Positions 61,836 to 64,000 of a stretch of 64,000 nucleotides of DNA are shown here, piece after piece. This DNA is from Camelus dromedarius (Eukaryota). The stretch lies in NCBI RefSeq assembly GCF_036321535.1, contig NC_087438.1, forward strand, positions 115,692,001 through 115,756,000. Direction: 5' to 3'. The notes under the pieces are model-generated. The model made no database searches and was not told the origin of the DNA. It saw only the letters and a list, made by a program, of their open reading frames with translations. The translations under genes and the position numbers were made by a program. Numbering within the stretch: position 1 is the stretch's first letter; each line of letters opens with the position of its first letter.

Positions 61836-62018
61836 GTGAGTGTGGGCGCCTACTACTGGTGTCCCCTGCACTCTCCCCAAGCCCCACAGTAGGCCAGTCC
61901 CACCCACTAAGGGGCAGAGGAGGACTGGAGCCAGCACCCAGCACTGTGGTCCCCATGAAGAGTCCCCAGACCCTTCCTCTGTCACCAGAGCTTCCGCTGA
62001 CCCTGCCCCCACCCCCAG

Positions 62019-62104
62019 GCAAGGAGCCCGGCCTGTTTGACCTGATCATCGTCAACGACAATCTGGACAAGGCCTACTGGGCCCTGAAGGAGGCGCTCTC
62101 CGAG
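62019..62104 (+). CDS. GUK1: GUK1 exon 7
   Basis: (S)[28 protein letters not shown]; 86 nt. Confidence 0.97.
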
Positions 62105-62241
62105 GTGGGCTGGGGTGGGGCTGGGGCCTCAGACCTCTGTCTGGCAAATGGGGAAAGCAGGCTGGGACAGGTGATATGGTGGCCCCAGGCCAGGCGAGAC
62201 CCTCTTCCTCTCCCTAGCCCCACTTTTTCTCTCCCCAACAG

Positions 62242-62277
62242 GAAATAAAGAAGGCTCAAGCAGCTGGTCACCCCTGA
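62242..62277 (+). CDS. GUK1: GUK1 last coding exon
   Basis: cag|GAA ATA AAG; [11 protein letters not shown]; TGA at 62275-62277. Confidence 0.93.
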   Translation, partial: EIKKAQAAGHP

Positions 62278-62539
62278 GAAGGCCCACCGGCTACGTCCTC
62301 CCAGTGGGGGCCTAGGGCCTGACACCCACCCTCAGTGGGTCAGGGTCTCCCAGCAGTGGCTCTGCTCACCTCAGCTGCCACCCAGGGGTCGGGGTGCTGC
62401 TCTTCTTCCCTCACCCCTCCACTGCAGCAGGAGGACCTTCTCTCTCACTCCTACCCCCCATGCCCATTTCTAGGCTCCCTCCCTGCCCTGCCCCGCTCCA
62501 TCACCACCCTCCCTCCTATGGACGCTGGGCCAACATCCA

Positions 62540-62545
62540 AATAAA
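62540..62545 (+). terminator. GUK1: GUK1 poly(A) signal AATAAA
   Basis: About 260 nt after the stop codon. Confidence 0.8.
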
Positions 62546-62700
62546 GAACTGCTGGATTAGAGTGTCCTGGAGCCCATGGATCGTGACCCTGGGCGGGTGG
62601 AGCCGCAGTGCACCCCACCACTCCAGACCCCACTCTAGCTAGACAGCCCCCAGCGGGCTTCGGGCAGCAGCATCCTTCTGGCATCTGCTGCTCGGGGCTG

Positions 62701-62738
62701 CTGGCTCCAGCGAGGGCTGCTGGCTCCAACGAGGGCTG
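62701..62738 (+). repeat. 19-bp tandem duplication CTGGCTCCARCGAGGGCTG x2
   Basis: 62701-62719 and 62720-62738, one mismatch. Confidence 0.85.
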
Positions 62739-63449
62739 CTCCCAAGCTACACACTGCTTCCCCAAGTGTCCCTCCAGGTGGGTGTAGGGACCCTCTTGGG
62801 GGTGGGTGGTGCTGCTAGGCCTCATCTCTACTGTCTCTTTGAAGTGCCATTGAGCCTGGGGACAGAAGGTCCCAGGGGCTTGTCCTGCTCGAACCATTCC
62901 TTCTCCTGGTCCCTGAGCTGGGCCAGGAGTGGCAAAGGGACAGAGGCTACAGACCAAGGCTGGACCTCTGTGTCTGGGGGCCTTGTGCCTGGCCCACTGA
63001 GCCTGACCAGCCCTAATGGTCCTGGAGAGGCCAGTGTTGGGGGCCTCTGTTAGGGTTCCAGGCTCTCTAGAGTCTCAGAAGATGCCTCCAGAAGCCGCTG
63101 GTCTCAAGTCAGGGTAGCCATGGTATACTGGGCACAGGAGACACACAGTTGCCTGAGCCCTGGCCCATGCTCAGGCTATGCTCCTGTGGTGGAACCCAGA
63201 CAGATGGTGAATGCAGACCTGGAGGAGGCAGGGAGCGCAGGCAAAAGTAGTCAGAAAGGCCAGACTCCACCCAAAAGCCCAGATACACAGCGGAGGGCAG
63301 GCGAGAGCTGGGCCTGGACACTAGATGGTGGGCAGGGGGTGCTGGGCAGCCCCCCAGGCCTGAGGGCAAGTGAGATGGAGCTGGGCTGCCTCCTGACCTG
63401 CTGTGCAGCCTGGGAGAGGCCAGTTCCCTCTCTGGGACCCGTCCAGCCC

Positions 63450-63646
63450 CAGGGACAATCAGGGATTCAGACCTCAAGCCTCAGGGGGAACAATGGAGCC
63501 GTTGAAGGCCCTCCCCCCGCATTGTGCTTGGTAGTGAGAGGTGGCCCTGGGTCAGTCTGGCTGGGTACGCACTCTCAGGAGGGCTGGTGTCCAGCCAGCC
63601 ATCAGGTAGAAGAGCTCAGAAGGCCTTGTTTCCTGGCCTGGAAAAG
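63450..63646 (+). promoter_or_regulatory. GJC2: GJC2 (connexin 47) promoter and non-coding exon 1 with SOX10 sites; coding exon lies outside the window
   Basis: gggattcagacc...gggggAACAATGg...CATTGTgcttggtagtgagaggtggccctgg...ctggcctggaaaag|gtaggt closely resembles human GJC2 exon 1 as I recall it; GJC2 follows GUK1 in human. Confidence 0.8.
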
Positions 63647-64000
63647 GTAGGTTGCCCACCAGGGGACCAGGCGTAGGGTTCCCTTTGGGGCTGAGTAACA
63701 GCGTCCTCACTCAGCCCAAGGTCTCAGGGGCCTGTAATCACCTCTTGAAATAGCCAACCCCAGGAGACAATAGGTGCTGGGCCCAGCTGGGTGGCCTTTT
63801 ATTCTGGGGGTCTCTCCATCTCAGGCCCACTGCCCTCACAGGGCCTGACTGGGTGGTGGTTCCGGTGCAACAAGACTTGAGTGTAGGGGGAGGTGGAAGC
63901 AGAAATCTGGACCCCCCAACCACAGGGGCTGCTCAGGCTAGCTGAGGAGCAAGGACGGAAGAGGGGTGGGCCCTGAGCAGCTGGGACCCTTCAGGCCATG

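Overview
Mammalian genomic DNA, GC-rich, syntenic with human 1q42.13. Gene order: WNT3A (+; only coding exons 3-4 are in the window, 3943-10257, 3'UTR to about 11.9 kb), a ~14 kb intergenic stretch, ARF1 (+; non-coding exon 1 at about 26.7 kb, CDS 41861-42749, 181 aa), C1orf35/MMTAG2 (-; 8 exons, 45264-47330, 237 aa), MRPL55 (-; CDS 49267-52206, 127 aa), GUK1 (+; head-to-head with MRPL55; long CDS 53315-62277, 219 aa; short CDS from 59279, 198 aa), then the SOX10-site promoter and non-coding exon 1 of GJC2 (about 63.45-63.65 kb). Every intron between coding exons is GT-AG and all exon phases join in frame. Repeats: nested L1s, a HAL1/L1-ORF1 relic, L2, MIR, MER33, MER3, MER5A, two MaLR LTRs and two related ERV-type LTRs. 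I recognised no Alu, B1, Bov-tA or PRE-1 SINE; the young L1 3' end and the GUK1 C-terminus suggest a cetartiodactyl, possibly a camelid (inference). Four N-runs of about 154-172 nt interrupt the sequence; the WNT3A one exactly preserves the expected coding length. I found no clearly novel multi-gene system. The best leads are regulatory or isoform-level: an in-frame N-terminal extension exon for MRPL55, an inverted LTR pair in GUK1 intron 1, leaky-scanning dual targeting of GUK1, a mirtron-like ARF1 intron, and a tandem donor that truncates C1orf35. Comparisons with human sequences and repeat family names come from memory, not from database searches.
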